Source: Podarcis tiliguerta (Eukaryota). From it: DNA of 64,000 bases. The position numbers were made by a program, and so were the translations under genes. The stretch lies in the NCBI GenBank assembly GCA_965153285.1, contig OZ229122.1; one strand, 5' to 3'. Under the pieces are notes generated by a model. The model did not search any database. It worked only from the letters and a program-made list of their open reading frames with translations, and was not told the DNA's origin. This document shows, in pieces, positions 12,390 to 25,930 of this stretch (the first letter of the stretch is position 1; every line of letters starts with the position of its first letter).

Positions 12390-13531
12390 GGGGGCCACTA
12401 GGGGCGCATTGGAAGATGGCTGACAATACCATCTCTCTGACCCATACGGGGTAATTAAGAGGCTGTTATGGGAGTAGGCAGCCTCCCTTGTTGCCCCAAG
12501 GAAATGGGGAACACTGCCCTTGCCTGCTGTGCCCATAAATCACCCCCTAATTCGAAAGAAGCAGGTGAGGGCACTAGGCAGAATGCCCCCGTGTGGACCT
12601 CGGCTCTCCTGTACGCTGTCTCTGATCGCGCACTAGCTGCAGCAATTTGGAATAATTAATTACAAAAGAATCAAATGCACATATTTCAAGTGAAGAAGGG
12701 GAGTGAAGTCTGCTAATTTAAGTGACCTCTGCGAAAGAAGACGACGAGTTGGAGAAACAGGAATATTTTACGATGAAGATGCACCAAAGGCTGGATATGT
12801 TGACAACGGGACTGAATGGGGGGAGACCTTTTTTACTTTCCTTCTATGTGATTTACAAGAACCCCTCCTCATTAGAATCGTCGGTTGAACTGACACAAGC
12901 AGGTCTGTGTGGAAATAAACTTTAACCAAAGGTATGCTTTATGGAGATCGAGAAGCAATAAGAGCTTTTGGAATGGCGCAGCAATTAATTCAGAGTCGCC
13001 ATCTTATAGCCAGGAGGAGGAACAGATTTATAGCCGGGAGGAGGAACAGACTTGTTTTCAGACTGCATTCCTGGTGAATCTCCTCAAAGGTTTTGAGAAA
13101 GGAGGCAGATTGGTGAAGATTAATGACGCTAAGACTGTTTTGATGTATGGAAGTGATGTTATATGGAAAACGTCTGGACATGGCTATTGGATTAAAAAAA
13201 AAATAATCCACGCAGGATTACAAACTGTTCAAACCAGCTTGCGGAGACTATCAGAGGTCACAAAGAGAAAGGAAAGATATATGAAAATAACAACAAGAGA
13301 TGTGGAAAAACAATAAGAAAGGACTGGATAGTACTGTGAACATCATAAGGTTAGATTTGTGGACATTAAAACAGAAGCAAGAAGCAAGAAGTTGATTGGA
13401 TCCCCTTTGGAACTTGAAATATGGGTACCCCCAACAAAAATTTAAAATTCGGCTGTGTAATTTGGAATTTATGTAATTTGGTTTGATTTGATGTGATTGA
13501 TCGGTTAATAAAAAATTATTCTTAAAAAAAA
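12390..13531 (+). mobile_element. Short (~1.14 kb) L1-type retroelement retaining a 5' end and poly(A)
   Basis: 17-bp TSD aaaatgttgtagacaca (12373-12389 and 13532-13548); starts ggggg...gaagatggc; ends AATAAA...A12; the site is empty in the other units. Confidence 0.8.
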
Positions 13532-15366
13532 AAAATGTTGTAGACACACAAGTGAAAAATTCCCTTTTGGTCTGGCAACAATACACACGATAATCCATGC
13601 AGTTATTTTGACGAAGTTTATTAAGAGCTAAGCAGATAGTAAGAGAGCAAATGGAGGACAGAAATTTGCTTTAACAAAATAAAATAAAAATAAGAAATCC
13701 ACCCACAGGTTATCCCATGCCTGCCTATCATAGTATCATAGAATCGTAGAGTTGGAAGGGACCCTGAGGGTTAACTGGTTCAACCTCCTGCAGGACCTAT
13801 CTTACTGCAGCTACTTACAATCAGCCTTTGGGTCTCATTCTGTGCAAAGTAGCAGCATTGATTACAGACTCTCCAATATCTATCCAATGAAAAGAGGGAC
13901 ATCTTCTAGTATTATTATTTTCTTTAGTGTTGTTGTTGCTGCTGCTATCATTATAAATCCCCTGGCCATATGACTGGGTTGCCCCAGCCACTCCGGGTGG
14001 CTTCCAACATATAAAAAAACTGAATAAAATGTTTTAAAACTGCCCCATACAGGGCAACCTTCAGGCTCTATAGTTACTTATCTATAGTTACTTACTTATT
14101 GGCTCAGGGGTTGCCTAACTCCATACCTCCAACATTTCTCCAATGAAAATAGGGACATCCTAAGGAAAAGTGGGACATTCTGGGATCAAATCAGAAACTG
14201 AGACAGCTTCAGTAAATCCAAGAGTATCCCTGTCAAAAAGGGAAATGTGGATGGTCTATGATGGTCAAGTAATATGAGGGATGTTGAAAGACAATGGGCT
14301 ATATGACAGCAGTTCACTTCTAAGAGTTTTGATCCAGGTAGGAATTGAATGATATCTGGCATTGTCCAGACGATCACAAGGCAGTCAGTAGCCAGGGGAA
14401 TGCCAATCAATGCTAATTTAGACTCTGCAAATTTTGGAAATTAATACAGAAAAAATGTGGTTTTGGGGTTCTTTATACTAGCTGATTCAGACAAATGGAA
14501 ACGCCTCTGGAACAGAAGCATGCTAGGAGAAGTCCAAAGAGAGCAAATTATTGCGTTTGAGTTCATGTGACAAAATGTGGGCAGTATCCCTGCATATAAT
14601 TCATTCCTGCCATTTAAAATCTAGTGCAGCATGGTGGAATAGCATTTTTTTAAAAAAAAAGAAAAAAAGAAGACAAAAACCCACAGTTCTGGAATGCAGC
14701 AGCTATTGAAGTGCAAAAGGGATGTTAGAAATTAGGACAGAAGCACTAGCTTCATAACCGGAAAAACACATGCAATAAACCCCACATCTTAATGCAGCTT
14801 TGCAGAAGTTCCCTAGAGTTTCAGGAAAATTCTTTCTCAGCCCTGCCTGGACTGAACATGGGACCTTTTGCATACAAAGCTTGCAATCTACCCTTTATAG
14901 CTGGGGCTCTGATGTTAATGGATGAAAGGACAGGAAACATTCTGACAGAGATATTGTTATATTAGGTTCCAAGCTTAATCGAGGATGATTCCCACTTACC
15001 CCAATAGTTTTCCATCTATTCCCCAACACAAATTCTTTAAGAGAAATCCTCAACTCTCGCAGAGATATCATTTCAGGGATTTCTGGTGATTTCACTAGGA
15101 GGGAATGAGAATCTTTCCTCACAGAAATTTATTTACTATAAATTATCCCACTGTTTGAGTTGTTCGGTAAAGGCAAGGTTATATGAATTAAATACCAATT
15201 TAAATCAAGGGACATATATTAAAGCATAATTAACTTAATCCCATTAATTTTAAGGGGACTACAGTTCGACTAAATCATTCTGGATCCAAACTAATGCTTT
15301 CAGAAATTAGTAGGTACAAGTCCATACCTATTTTGGAACTCCCACAATACAGATATGTCAGTTATG

Positions 15367-16320
15367 TCAGCCAAAACGCTTTCTACTCCAGATTCTTTTA
15401 AAGGCATGTTTTACCTCTTTATTCCTCAAGCTGTATATGAGGGGGTTCAAAATGGGACCAATAATAGTATAGAAAAGGGAGAGAAATTTGCCAGTGTTTG
15501 GTGAGTAAGTGGAATTTGGCTTCAAATATGTAATACAAGCAGAACCATAGAACAAGGTCACCACAATGAGGTGTGAAGAGCAGGTGGAGAAGGTCTTCTT
15601 CCGACCTTCAGAGGATGAGATCTTCAAAATAGTGGTTATAATGCCAGCGTAAGACATCAAGATCAGGATAAAAGGCAAAGTCACAAAAATCATAGCCACC
15701 ACAAAGACTGCAATTTCAACCCTTGAGGTGTCCCCACAAGCCAATTTCAGCAAAGGAGGGATGTCACAAAAGAAGTGGTTGATCACATTGGAGGCACAAT
15801 ACGAGACAGTAAACACCATACTGGTGTGTCCAAAGGACATCAGAAACCCACTTAGCCAAGATGCCACAGCTAAAGTAGTATAAACTTTTTGGCTCATCAG
15901 GACGTGGTAGTGTAAAGGCTTACAAATGGCAACATATCGATCATAGGCCACTGAGGCCAAGAGGAAACATTCTGACCCACCGAAGAAGAAATCAAAGTAG
16001 GTCTGCAGAGCACATCCAATGAAGGAGATGGATTTATTTCCAGAAAGGAGGTTTGCCAGCATCTTAGGGATATTGACTGATGTGTAGCAGATCTCCAGAA
16101 ATGACAGGTTTCTTAGGAAGAAATACATGGGGGTGTGCAGGGAAGGGTCAGCAAATGTCAGAAGAATGATGAGAAGGTTTCCTGTCAGAGTGATGATATA
16201 GAGTACCAGGAAAGTGAAGAATAATGCACTTTGCAGGTTTGGATCATCAGAAAGACCCAGGAGGATGAACGTTGCTGGTGTTGTACTGTTTTGTAGAATG
16301 TGTTCTTTTCTGTTCTGCAT
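15367..16320 (-). CDS. Olfactory receptor, class II (OR10-like), array copy 3, 317 aa
   Basis: Intact ORF with OR motifs; VAYDRY instead of MAYDRY; TM3 reads YFDFF (Asp at 3.32). Confidence 0.95.
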   Translation of the reverse strand: MQNRKEHILQNSTTPATFILLGLSDDPNLQSALFFTFLVLYIITLTGNLLIILLTFADPSLHTPMYFFLRNLSFLEICYTSVNIPKMLANLLSGNKSISFIGCALQTYFDFFFGGSECFLLASVAYDRYVAICKPLHYHVLMSQKVYTTLAVASWLSGFLMSFGHTSMVFTVSYCASNVINHFFCDIPPLLKLACGDTSRVEIAVFVVAMIFVTLPFILILMSYAGIITTILKISSSEGRKKTFSTCSSHLIVVTLFYGSACITYLKPNSTYSPNTGKFLSLFYTIIGPILNPLIYSLRNKEVKHAFKRIWSRKRFG

Positions 16321-18752
16321 CCTGGAAAGAGAACATAAAGAACTGATGAAGATAGAGTAAGATTGTTTGACAATGCAGAATCTTTTTATGTAGATTATAT
16401 ACGGAGTCTGTTCAATGACTGCCAGGCTGTATAATAATCATTTTCTTTATTAAACATAGCAAGTGCTAACCTTTGGTAGGATTGTTCCGAAATAACATTA
16501 TTAAAAGGCATCAAACTTGAAAAATAAACATTGTCCAAGAAATTATTTAGTATCATTCATGAGAAAGAATGTACAAAGTGTGTTCCTTCAGAGTGAAACA
16601 TGTCAAAGGCTACAAAAGAAAACAATCTGGTACTTACTGAAGCCCTGGAAGGTCACACCCAGTTCTCTGTCCTGACACCCTAGTTGCACTAGAGAATTCT
16701 CCGAAACAGTTATAGAAGGTATACACTGCTTTCAGTGTATTTGCCTCTTCACCATGTTTTATTCTGCCAGATTATTCCCTCTGGGAGCTGTGCTCCAAGA
16801 CAGATCACAATGAATTATTCACTGAGCAGGCAGATTCATTAATGTAGCTATTCAGTTATCCACTGTGATAGTTCCTTTAAAATAATTTTAAAGCCCTTCA
16901 TCCTTTGTTCTATGGGGAATATGACCGTGTAGACTTAGAATTATAGAATTTTAGAGTTGGAAGGGACGTAAGGGTCATCAAGTCCAAGCCCCTGCATGGG
17001 GTGTGTGGGGTGTTTGAGGAGGGGTAGTACCTTGTTGGTACACACATGATTCTTCTGGGGTATTTTGGTCACCTTTGGTCCCCACCCTCCACGCAGCTGT
17101 TACCTGTGGCTCCCAGAAGCTGTCTTCTGGGACAACTCCTGCAGTTAAGCTGGTGCCAAATGTATTGCTGTTTCATCTCGACTACATCAGTGAGGTTGAG
17201 AAAGGGGTCTTGTCATCTGGGTAGCCCAGAACATACATTCATTTCTGCCAGTTCAGTGGTTTGATTGTCCACGGAGACAGACTGATGCCAACAAATATAC
17301 TGTAATGGGAAAGCACTTTCTTGACTACATTGTATAACCTCCTTCAAACAAACAAGAATTAATGCTCAGTTCCCCATCATTTTCCAGTCACAAATCCAAG
17401 AATGTGACCTTGGTCCTGCCCCACCACCTCACATGCCAGAGCTTTCTCCATGAAAATCCACTCTTCCAGGCAGAATCAGAGCAAATGTCAATTCAGGTTT
17501 TCTGAGGTTTGACATTTCAACTTTAAAGAGTGTGTTTTTACGAGAAAGCTCTGGAGGTGGTGGTGTGGAAGCATTCAGAAAAGAAGCTTTAAATTGCAGA
17601 CAATGTATGGAAAGCGTGGAGAAAAGTTAAGTGTGGATGATTCTTTACCTTGCCACAAACTGTACAAAGAAATCTGTATGAATGCACAATAAATAGGTAA
17701 TTTAGAACTGACTTTACTAGCAAGCAGGACCACTAAAATTCTTTTTTTCCCAACAGAGAGATGTGTTTGATGANNNNNNNNNNNNNNNNNNNNNNNNNNN
17801 NNNNNNNNNNNNNNNNNNNNNNNNNNNNNNNNNNNNNNNNNNNNNNNNNNNNNNNNNNNNNNNNNNNNNNNNNNNNNNNNNNNNNNNNNNNNNNNNNNNN
17901 NNNNNNNNNNNNNNNNNNNNNNNNNNNNNNNNNNNNNNNNNNNNNNNNNNNNNNNNNNNNNNNNNNNAAAGGGCTACAGGGGTGATTTTCATGAATGACT
18001 GAGACTAGCTTTGGTTTCACCAATAAAGTTTGTAGTTGGCAGCATGTGGCATACAAAGTACACTGGTAAAAGGTACAGTGGTAGGCGTGGGGAGAAGCTT
18101 TGTCCCTTTCTTTCGACTGCTGTCAGTCTGGGTATAGGCCAGTTAAGCCAGAACTAGCAAGTAATCTCACCCCCCCCCACCTCCTTAACATGCTCTGCCC
18201 CCAAATGGGTGATTTCAGAGGATCCAAGGCAAGTAATGAGAAGGAGAGACACAGAGGGCACCTAGCCTTCCTGGATCTTCTCTGACCCCAATGTAGCTTT
18301 CTCCTCTTTGGCAGACTCCAATCTTATCACATGTAGCATGACTCCAAAATGTAGACACATAAGTGGAAAATTCCCTTTGGGTCTGGCAGCAATACACACG
18401 ATAATCCAGACAGTTATTTTGATAAAGTTTATTAAGATCTAAGCAGAAAGCAAGAGGACAAATGGAAGACAGAAAGTTGTTTCAACAAAATAAAATAAAA
18501 ATAAGAAATCCACCCACAGGTTATCCCATGCCTGCCTATCATAGTATCATAGAATCGTAGAGTTGGAAGGGACCCTGAGGGTTAACTGGTTCAGCCTCCC
18601 GTAGTACCTATCATACTGTAGCTACTTACAATCAGCCTTTGGGTCTCATTCTGTGCAAAGTAGCAGCATTGATTAAAGGCTCCCGAATATCTATCCAATG
18701 AAAAGAGGGACATCTTCTAGTATTATTATTTTCTTTAGTGTTGTTGTTGTTG

Positions 18753-18787
<35 letters not shown>

Positions 18788-20215
18788 ATCATTATAAATC
18801 CCCTGGCCATATGACTGGGTTGCCCCAGCCACTCTGGGTGGCTTCCAACATATAAAAAAACTGAATAAAATGTTTTAAAACTGCCCCATACAGGGCAACC
18901 TTCAGGCTCTATAGTTACTTAAGTATAGTTGGCTCTATAGTTACTTATCTATAGTTACTTACTTATTGGCTCGGGGGTTGCCTAACTCCATACCTCCAAC
19001 ATTTCTCCAATGCAAATAGGGACATCCTAGGGAAAAGTGGGACATTCTGGGATCGAATCAGAAACTGAGACAGCTTCAGTAAATCCAGAACAAATCCCTG
19101 TCAAAAAGGGAAATGTGGAGGGTCTATGATGGTCAAGTAATATGAGGGATGTTCAGAGACAATGTTCATTTCTAAGAGTTTTGATCCACGTAGATCTTGA
19201 ATGATATCTGGCATTGTCCAGACAATCACAAGGCAGTCAGTAGCCAGGGGAATGCCAATCAATGCTAATTTAGACTCTGCAAATTTTGGAAATTAATGCA
19301 GAAAAAAGGTGGGTTTGGGGTTCTTTATACTAGCTGATTCAGACAAATGGAAACGCCTCTGGAACAGAAGCATGCTAGGAGATGTCCAAAGAGAGCAAAT
19401 TATTGCGTTTGAGTTCATGTGACAAAATGTGGGCAGTATCCCTGCATATAATTCTTTCCTGCCATTTGAAATCTAGTGCAGCATGATGGAATAGCATTAA
19501 AAAACAACAACAACAACAAAACAACCCACAGTTCTGGAATGCAGCAACTATTGAAGTGCAAAAGGGATGTTAGAAATTGGGACAGAAGCACTAGTTTCAT
19601 AACCGGCAAAACACATGCAATAAACCCCACATCTGAATGCAGCTTGGCAGAAGTTCCCTAGAGTTTCAGGAAAATTCTTTCTCAGCCCTGCCTGGACTGA
19701 ACATGGGACCTTTTGCATACAAAGCTTGCAATCTACCCTTTATAGCTGGGGCTCTGATGTTAATGGATGAAAGGACAGGAAACATTCTGACAGAGATATT
19801 GCTATATTAGGTTCCAAGCTTAATCGAGGATGATTCACACTTCCCCCAATAGTTTTCCATCTATTCCCCAACACAAATTGTTTAAGAAAAATCCTCAACT
19901 CTCACAGAGATATCTTTTGGGGGATTTCTGGTGATTTCACTAGGAGGGAACAAAAATCTTTCCTCACAGAAATTTATTTGCTATAAATTATCCGACTGTT
20001 TGAGTTGTTAGGTAGATACAGGCAAGGTTAGATGACAAAAATTGCCATTTAAATCAAGGGACATATATTAAAGCAAAATTAACTTAATCCCTTTTAATTT
20101 TAAGGGGACCACAGTTCAACTAAATCATTCTGGATCCAAGTTAATGATTTCAGAAATTAGTAGGTACAAGTCCCTACCTGTTTTGGGACACCCTCAATAC
20201 AGATATGTATTTTTA

Positions 20216-21169
20216 TCATTCAAAAGGCTTTCTTTCCCAGATTCTTTTAAAGGCACGTTTTACCTCTTTATTCCTCAGGCTGTATATGAGGGGGTTCAAA
20301 ATGGGACCGATAACAGTATAGAAAAGGGAGAGGAATTTGCCAGTGTTTGGTGAGTAAGTGGAATTGGGCTTCAAATATGTAATACAACCAGAACCATAGA
20401 ACAAGGTCACCACAATGAGGTGTGAAGAGCAGGTGGAGAAGGTCTTCTTCCGACCTTCAGAGGACGAGATCTTCAAAATGCTTGTAATGATGCAAGCATA
20501 AGACATCAAGATCAGGATAAAAGGCAAAGTCACAAAAATCATAGCGGCCACAAAGACTGAAATCTCAACCCCTGAGGTGTCTCCACAAGCCAATTTCAGC
20601 AAAGGAGGGATGTCACAAAAGAAGTGGTTAATCACATTGGAGCCACAATAGGAGACAGTAAACACCATGCTGGTGAGTCCAAAGGACATCAAAAGCCCAC
20701 TTAGCCAAGATGCCACAGCTAAAGTAATATAAATATTTTCGCTCATCAGGACGGAGTAGTGTAAGGGCTTACAAATGGCAACATATCGATCATAGGCCAT
20801 TGAGGCCAAAAGGAAACATTCTGACCCACCAAGGAAGAATATAAAGTAGGTCTGCACAGCACATCCGATGAAGGAGATGGATTTATTTCCAGAAAGGAGG
20901 TTTGCCAGGATCTTAGGGACATTGACTGATGTGTAGCAGATCTCCAGAAAAGACAGGTTTCTTAGGAAGAAATACATGGGAGTGTGCAGGGCAGGGTCAG
21001 CAAATGTCAAAAGAAAGATGGGAAGGTTTCCTGCCAGAGTGATGATATAGAGTACCAGGAAAGTGGAGAACAATGCACTTTGCAGGTTTGGATCATCAGA
21101 AAGACCCAGGAGGATGAATTTAGCTGGTGCTGTACCGTTTTGTAGAATGTATTCTTTTCTGTTCTGCAT
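20216..21169 (-). CDS. Olfactory receptor, class II (OR10-like), array copy 4, 317 aa
   Basis: Intact ORF from the conserved MQNRKE Met, with all OR motifs. It carries several private substitutions (GNLPIF in TM1, GLTS, GVEIS). Confidence 0.93.
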   Translation of the reverse strand: MQNRKEYILQNGTAPAKFILLGLSDDPNLQSALFSTFLVLYIITLAGNLPIFLLTFADPALHTPMYFFLRNLSFLEICYTSVNVPKILANLLSGNKSISFIGCAVQTYFIFFLGGSECFLLASMAYDRYVAICKPLHYSVLMSENIYITLAVASWLSGLLMSFGLTSMVFTVSYCGSNVINHFFCDIPPLLKLACGDTSGVEISVFVAAMIFVTLPFILILMSYACIITSILKISSSEGRKKTFSTCSSHLIVVTLFYGSGCITYLKPNSTYSPNTGKFLSLFYTVIGPILNPLIYSLRNKEVKRAFKRIWERKPFE

Positions 21170-22728
21170 CCTGGAAAGAGAACATAAAGAACTGAAGAAG
21201 TTAGAGTAAGATTGTTCAGCTATACACAATCTTTTTAAATAGATTATATGTGGAACTCTGTTTAATGACTGACAAGCTGTATAATAATCATTCTCTTTAT
21301 TAAACATAGCAAGTGCTAACCTTTGGAACGATTGTTCCTAAATAACATTATTAAAAGGCATCAAACTTGAAAAATAAACATTGTCCAAGAAATTATTTAG
21401 TATCATTCATGAGAAAGAATTTACGAAGTGTGTTCCTTCAGAGTGAAACATGTCAAAGGCTACAAAAGAAAACAATCTGGTACTTACTGAAGCCCTGGAA
21501 TGTCACACCCAGCTCTCTGTCCTGACACCCTAGTTGCACTAAAGATTACTCAGGCACAGTTATAGAAGGTAGTGAGTGATCTTAGGCTGCTTTCAATGCA
21601 TTTGACTCTTCACTAAGTTTTATTTTGCCAGATTCTTCCCTCTGGGAGCTCTGCTCCAAGACAGATCACAATGAATAACTCACTGATCAGGCAGATGCAT
21701 TAATGTACCTATTCAGTTATCCATTGTGATATTTCTATTCTATTAACTTTAAAGCCTCTCATCCTTTGTTCTATGGGGCATATGGTTGTGCAGACATAGA
21801 ATTATAGAATTGTAGAGTTGGAAGGGACGTAAGGGTCATCCAGTCCAACCCCTTGCATGGGGCATATGGGTTTGGGGCAGGTGGTACCTCTGTTGGTACA
21901 CACATGATTCTTCTTGTGTAGTTTGTTCCCCTTTGGTCTCCACCCTCCACTCAGCTGTTAGCTGTGGTTCCCAGAATCTGTCTTTTGGGACAACTCCTGC
22001 AGTTAAGCTGGTGCCAAATGTATTGCTGTTTTCCTCTCGACCACATCTGTGAAGTTGAAAAAGGCGTCTTGTCATGTGAACAGCCCAGAACATCAATACA
22101 CACTGCTCAGGCTTGTGTCCAGGACGGCCCTTCAATTCTGCCAATTCAGTGGTTTGATTATCTCCTGAGGCAGACTGATGCCAACAAATATACTGTAATG
22201 GGAAAACACTTTCTTGACCAAGTTGTATAACCTTCTGCCAACAAACAAGAATTAATGCTCAGTAAATACCTGATGTTGTCTAAGGGTTTATCTATACTAA
22301 CCTTTCCCCCATCATTTTCCGGGCATAGGTCCGAGATTTAAATCTCTGCATCCTTGTGGGATTTTTCCCCCCTACACCAGAGCTTTCACCATGAAAACCC
22401 ACTCTTCCAGGCAGAATCAGGGCAAATGTCTGAAGAGTGGATTTTCACAGTGAAGCTCTGGGGAAGGTAATGTGGAAGCATTCAGAAATGAAGCTTTAAA
22501 CTTTCAACCCTGTCTGGAAAGTGTGACGAAAGGATAAGTGTGGAAGATGCCTAAGCTTGCCACAAACTTTGTACAAATAAATTAGTAAGAATGCTTAATA
22601 AACAGGCCATCTCGAACTGACCTTAATATCAAGCTGGACCACTAACATCCTTTTCCCCCCAAGAGAGAGATGTGTTTGTTGATAGATAGATGATAGATAG
22701 ATAGATAAATGAAAGATAGATAGATAAA

Positions 22729-23221
22729 GTAATGGTTTGGCTCTCCCACAGAAGCGGGACACTGATAGTAATTATCTCAGGTTTTTTGCTCAAATACATA
22801 AATCACTCCGGAGCTCCTTCACTCTGTGTCTGACTCCAAGTTCACAGTTGCCAAGTCTAAACTCCACCCCTTCCTCTTCCTCCAACAGGGGAAAAAGCCC
22901 TTTCGCTTTCGCTCTTTACCCCTCCTCTCACTGACCTTCTCGGGCATTTGAGTTTTTGGGCTGGCTATTCCCAGCCTCCCTCCCTCTATTTCTGAGCTAA
23001 GACTGCTATTTTGTGTATCTCTGCTCTGGCTCCCCTTTCCTTGCTCACTATGCTCAGGGATCAGGTTACCACTGCTATCTGCTGCCTGCTCTCTGTTTTC
23101 TGAAGCCATGCCGCTAGGCTGTCCCTCCTTCCTCTCACATTCCAGCTCACATTCCAGTGTCCTTATCTCTCTTTGTCTGTTCTCATTCCCAGTCTTTGAC
23201 AGCTCTGGAACGAAGCTGACA
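22729..23221 (-). mobile_element. Solo-LTR-like insertion in the GATA microsatellite of unit 5
   Basis: About 490 bp absent from the other units; minus strand starts TGTCAG and is purine-rich. Similar tgtcagg-starting purine-rich pieces occur near 55078 and 57646. Confidence 0.45.
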
Positions 23222-23264
23222 ATAGATAGATGATACATACATATGATAGGTAGGTAGGTAGGTA

Positions 23265-23645
23265 GGTAAAAGGTAATGGACCCCTGGATGGTTAAGTCCA
23301 GTCAAAGGTGCCTATGGGGTTGTGGTGCTCATCTTGCTTTCTTGCCGAGGAAGCTGGCATTTGTCTACTGACAGCTTTCTGGGTCATGTGGCCAGTATGA
23401 CTAAACTGCTTCTAGTGCAAGGGTCACCAAGATGGAAACCAGAGCGTGCAGAAACACTGTTTACCTTCCTGCCCTAGCAGTACCTATTTATCTACTCAAG
23501 CTGGTATGCTTTCGAACTGCTAGGTTGGCAGGATCTGGGACAGAGCAAGGGGAGCTCATCCCATCACAGGGATTCGAAATGCCAGCCTTCAGATAGGCAA
23601 GCCCAAGAGGCTCAGTGGTTCGGACCACAGCACCACCCGTGTCCC
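23265..23645 (-). mobile_element. Sauria SINE (Squam1/POM-like) inserted in a GATA microsatellite
   Basis: Reverse complement begins gggacacgggtggtgctgtggtccgaaccactgagcctcttgggcttgcc, contains ctgccaacctagcagttcgaaagc, and ends in an (ACCTTT)-type tail. Confidence 0.85.
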
Positions 23646-25930
23646 TGCGGTAGATGATAGATAGATAAATAGATAGATAAATAGATAGATAGACATGCAG
23701 ATTTGCATATTCTTCATTGGCAATTATAAGTCTTTGAAAGGGCTACGGGGTGATTGTAATGAATGACTGAAACCAGGCTTGGTTTCACCAATAAAAGTTG
23801 TAGTTACCACCATTTGGCATACAAAACAAAGTTGGCAAAAGGTACAGTGGAAGGAGTAGGGAGAACCTTTGTTCCCTTCCTTCCACTGCTGTCAGTCTGG
23901 GTGTAGGCCAGTTAAGCCAGAACTAGCAACTAAGCTTCCCCTCCACCTGCTTAACATGCTCTGCCCCCAAATGGGTGATTTCAGAGGATCCAAGGCAGGT
24001 AATGAGTAGGGGAGACAGAGAGAGCACCTAGCCTTCCTGGATCTTCTCTGAGCCCAGTGTAGCTTTCTCCTCTTTGCAGACTCTAATCTTAACACATGTA
24101 GCATGACTCCAAAATGTTGTAGACACACAAGTGAACAATTCCCTTTGGGTCCAGCAGCAATACACACAATAATCCACACAGTTATTTTGATGAGGTTTAT
24201 TAAGAGCTAAGCAGAAAGTAAGAGGACAAATGGAAGACAGGAAGTTGCTTCAACAAAAAATAAAATAAAAATAAAAACCCATCCACAGGTTATCCCATGC
24301 CTGCCTATCATAGTATCATAGAATTATAGAGTTGGAAGGGACCCTGAGGGTTAACTGGTTCAAGCTCCTGCAGAACCTATCTTACTGCAGCTACTTATAA
24401 TCAGCCTTTAGGTCTCATTCGGTGCAAAGTAGCAGCATTGATTGCAGACCCTCCAATATTTATCCAATGAAAAGAGGGACATCTTCTTCTATCATTATTA
24501 TTATTATTATTATTGTCTTTAGTGTTGTTGTTGTTGCTGCTGCTGCTGCAGCTAACATTATAAATCCCCTGGCCATATGACTGGCTTGCCCCAGCCACTC
24601 TGGGTAGCTTCCAACATAAATAAAAACTGAATAAAATGTTTAAAAACTTCCCTGTACATATATCTTCAGATATATTCTAAAGACGCTATAGTTACTTAAC
24701 TAATTGGCTCGGAGTTTGCCTAACTCCATACCCCCAATATTTCTCCTGTGAAAATAGGGACATTCTAATGAAAAATGGGGCATTCTGGGATCAAACCAGA
24801 AACTGAGACAGCTTCTGTAAGTCCCGGACTGTCCTTGTAAAAAAAAGGAAACATGGAGGGTCTGTGATGGTCAAGTTATATGAGGGATGCTGAGAGACAA
24901 TGGGCTATATGGCAACAGTTCACTTCCAAGAGGTTTGATCCAAGTAGGTCTTGCATAACATCTGGCACTGCCCAGACAATCACAAGGCAGTCAGTAGCCA
25001 GGGGGATGCCAATCAGTGCTAATTTAGTCTCTGCAAATTTTGGAAATTAATGCAGAAAAAAGGTGGGTTTGGGGTTCTTTGTACTGGCTGATTAAGACAA
25101 ATGGAAACACCTCTGGAACAGAAGCATGCTAGGAGAAGTCCAAAAGGAGGGAATTATTGCATTGTGAGTTCATGTGACAAAATGTAGGCCGTATCCCTGC
25201 ATATAATTCTTTCCTGCCATTTAAAATCTAATGCAGCATGGTGGAGTAGCAAGTTGTTGTTGTTGTTGTTGTTTTAAAAAAACCACAATTCTGGAATGCA
25301 GCTGCTATTCAAGTCAAAAGGGATGTTAGAAATTGGGACAGAAGCACTAGCATCATAACGGAAAAACTCATGCAATAAATCCCACCTCTGAATGCAGTTT
25401 GGCATAAATTTCCCAGAATTTCAGGGAAAAAATATTTCCCAGCCCTGTCTGGACTGAACATTTTGCAAACAAAGCATGTGATCTACCTTTGGGCTCCGAT
25501 GGTGGAGGATGAAGGGACAGGAAATTTTGCGTCAGAGAATGACCTTCATATTAAGTTAAAATAAGTTCCAAGCTTTATTGAGGATGATTCCCACTTCCCC
25601 CAATAGTTTCCATCCATTCTCCAACACATATTGTTTAGGATGAATACTCAACCCTCTCAGAGATATCTTTTGGGGGATTTTTGGAGATTTCACTAGGAGG
25701 GAACCACAATCTTTCCTCACACAAATTTGTTTACTATAAATTATCCCATTGTTTAAATTCCCGTTTAAATCAAGGGTCATATATTAAATCACAATTAACT
25801 TAATCCCATTAATTTTAAGGGGACCACAGGTCTACTAAATCATTCTGGATCCAAGCTAATGCTTTCAGAAATCAGTAGGTACAAGTCCCTACCTATTTTG
25901 GAACTCCCAGAATATGTCAGTTAATTTTTA

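Larger units (their letters stand above)
22680..23695 (+). repeat. (GATA)n microsatellite of the array unit, here split by two insertions
   Basis: GATA runs at 22681-22727, 23222-23265 and 23651-23692; homologous run at 28565-28603. The N-runs at 265, 5065, 9629, 11820 and 17774 occupy the same position in their units. Confidence 0.8.

Noticed and set aside
218-18056. ORFs spanning N-runs (poly-X proteins)
   Set aside because: Artefacts of translating through masked or unresolved sequence.
22819-23238. 139-aa Glu/Ser/Arg-rich ORF
   Set aside because: It starts in the GATA repeat and runs through an LTR-like insert; low complexity, no domain.
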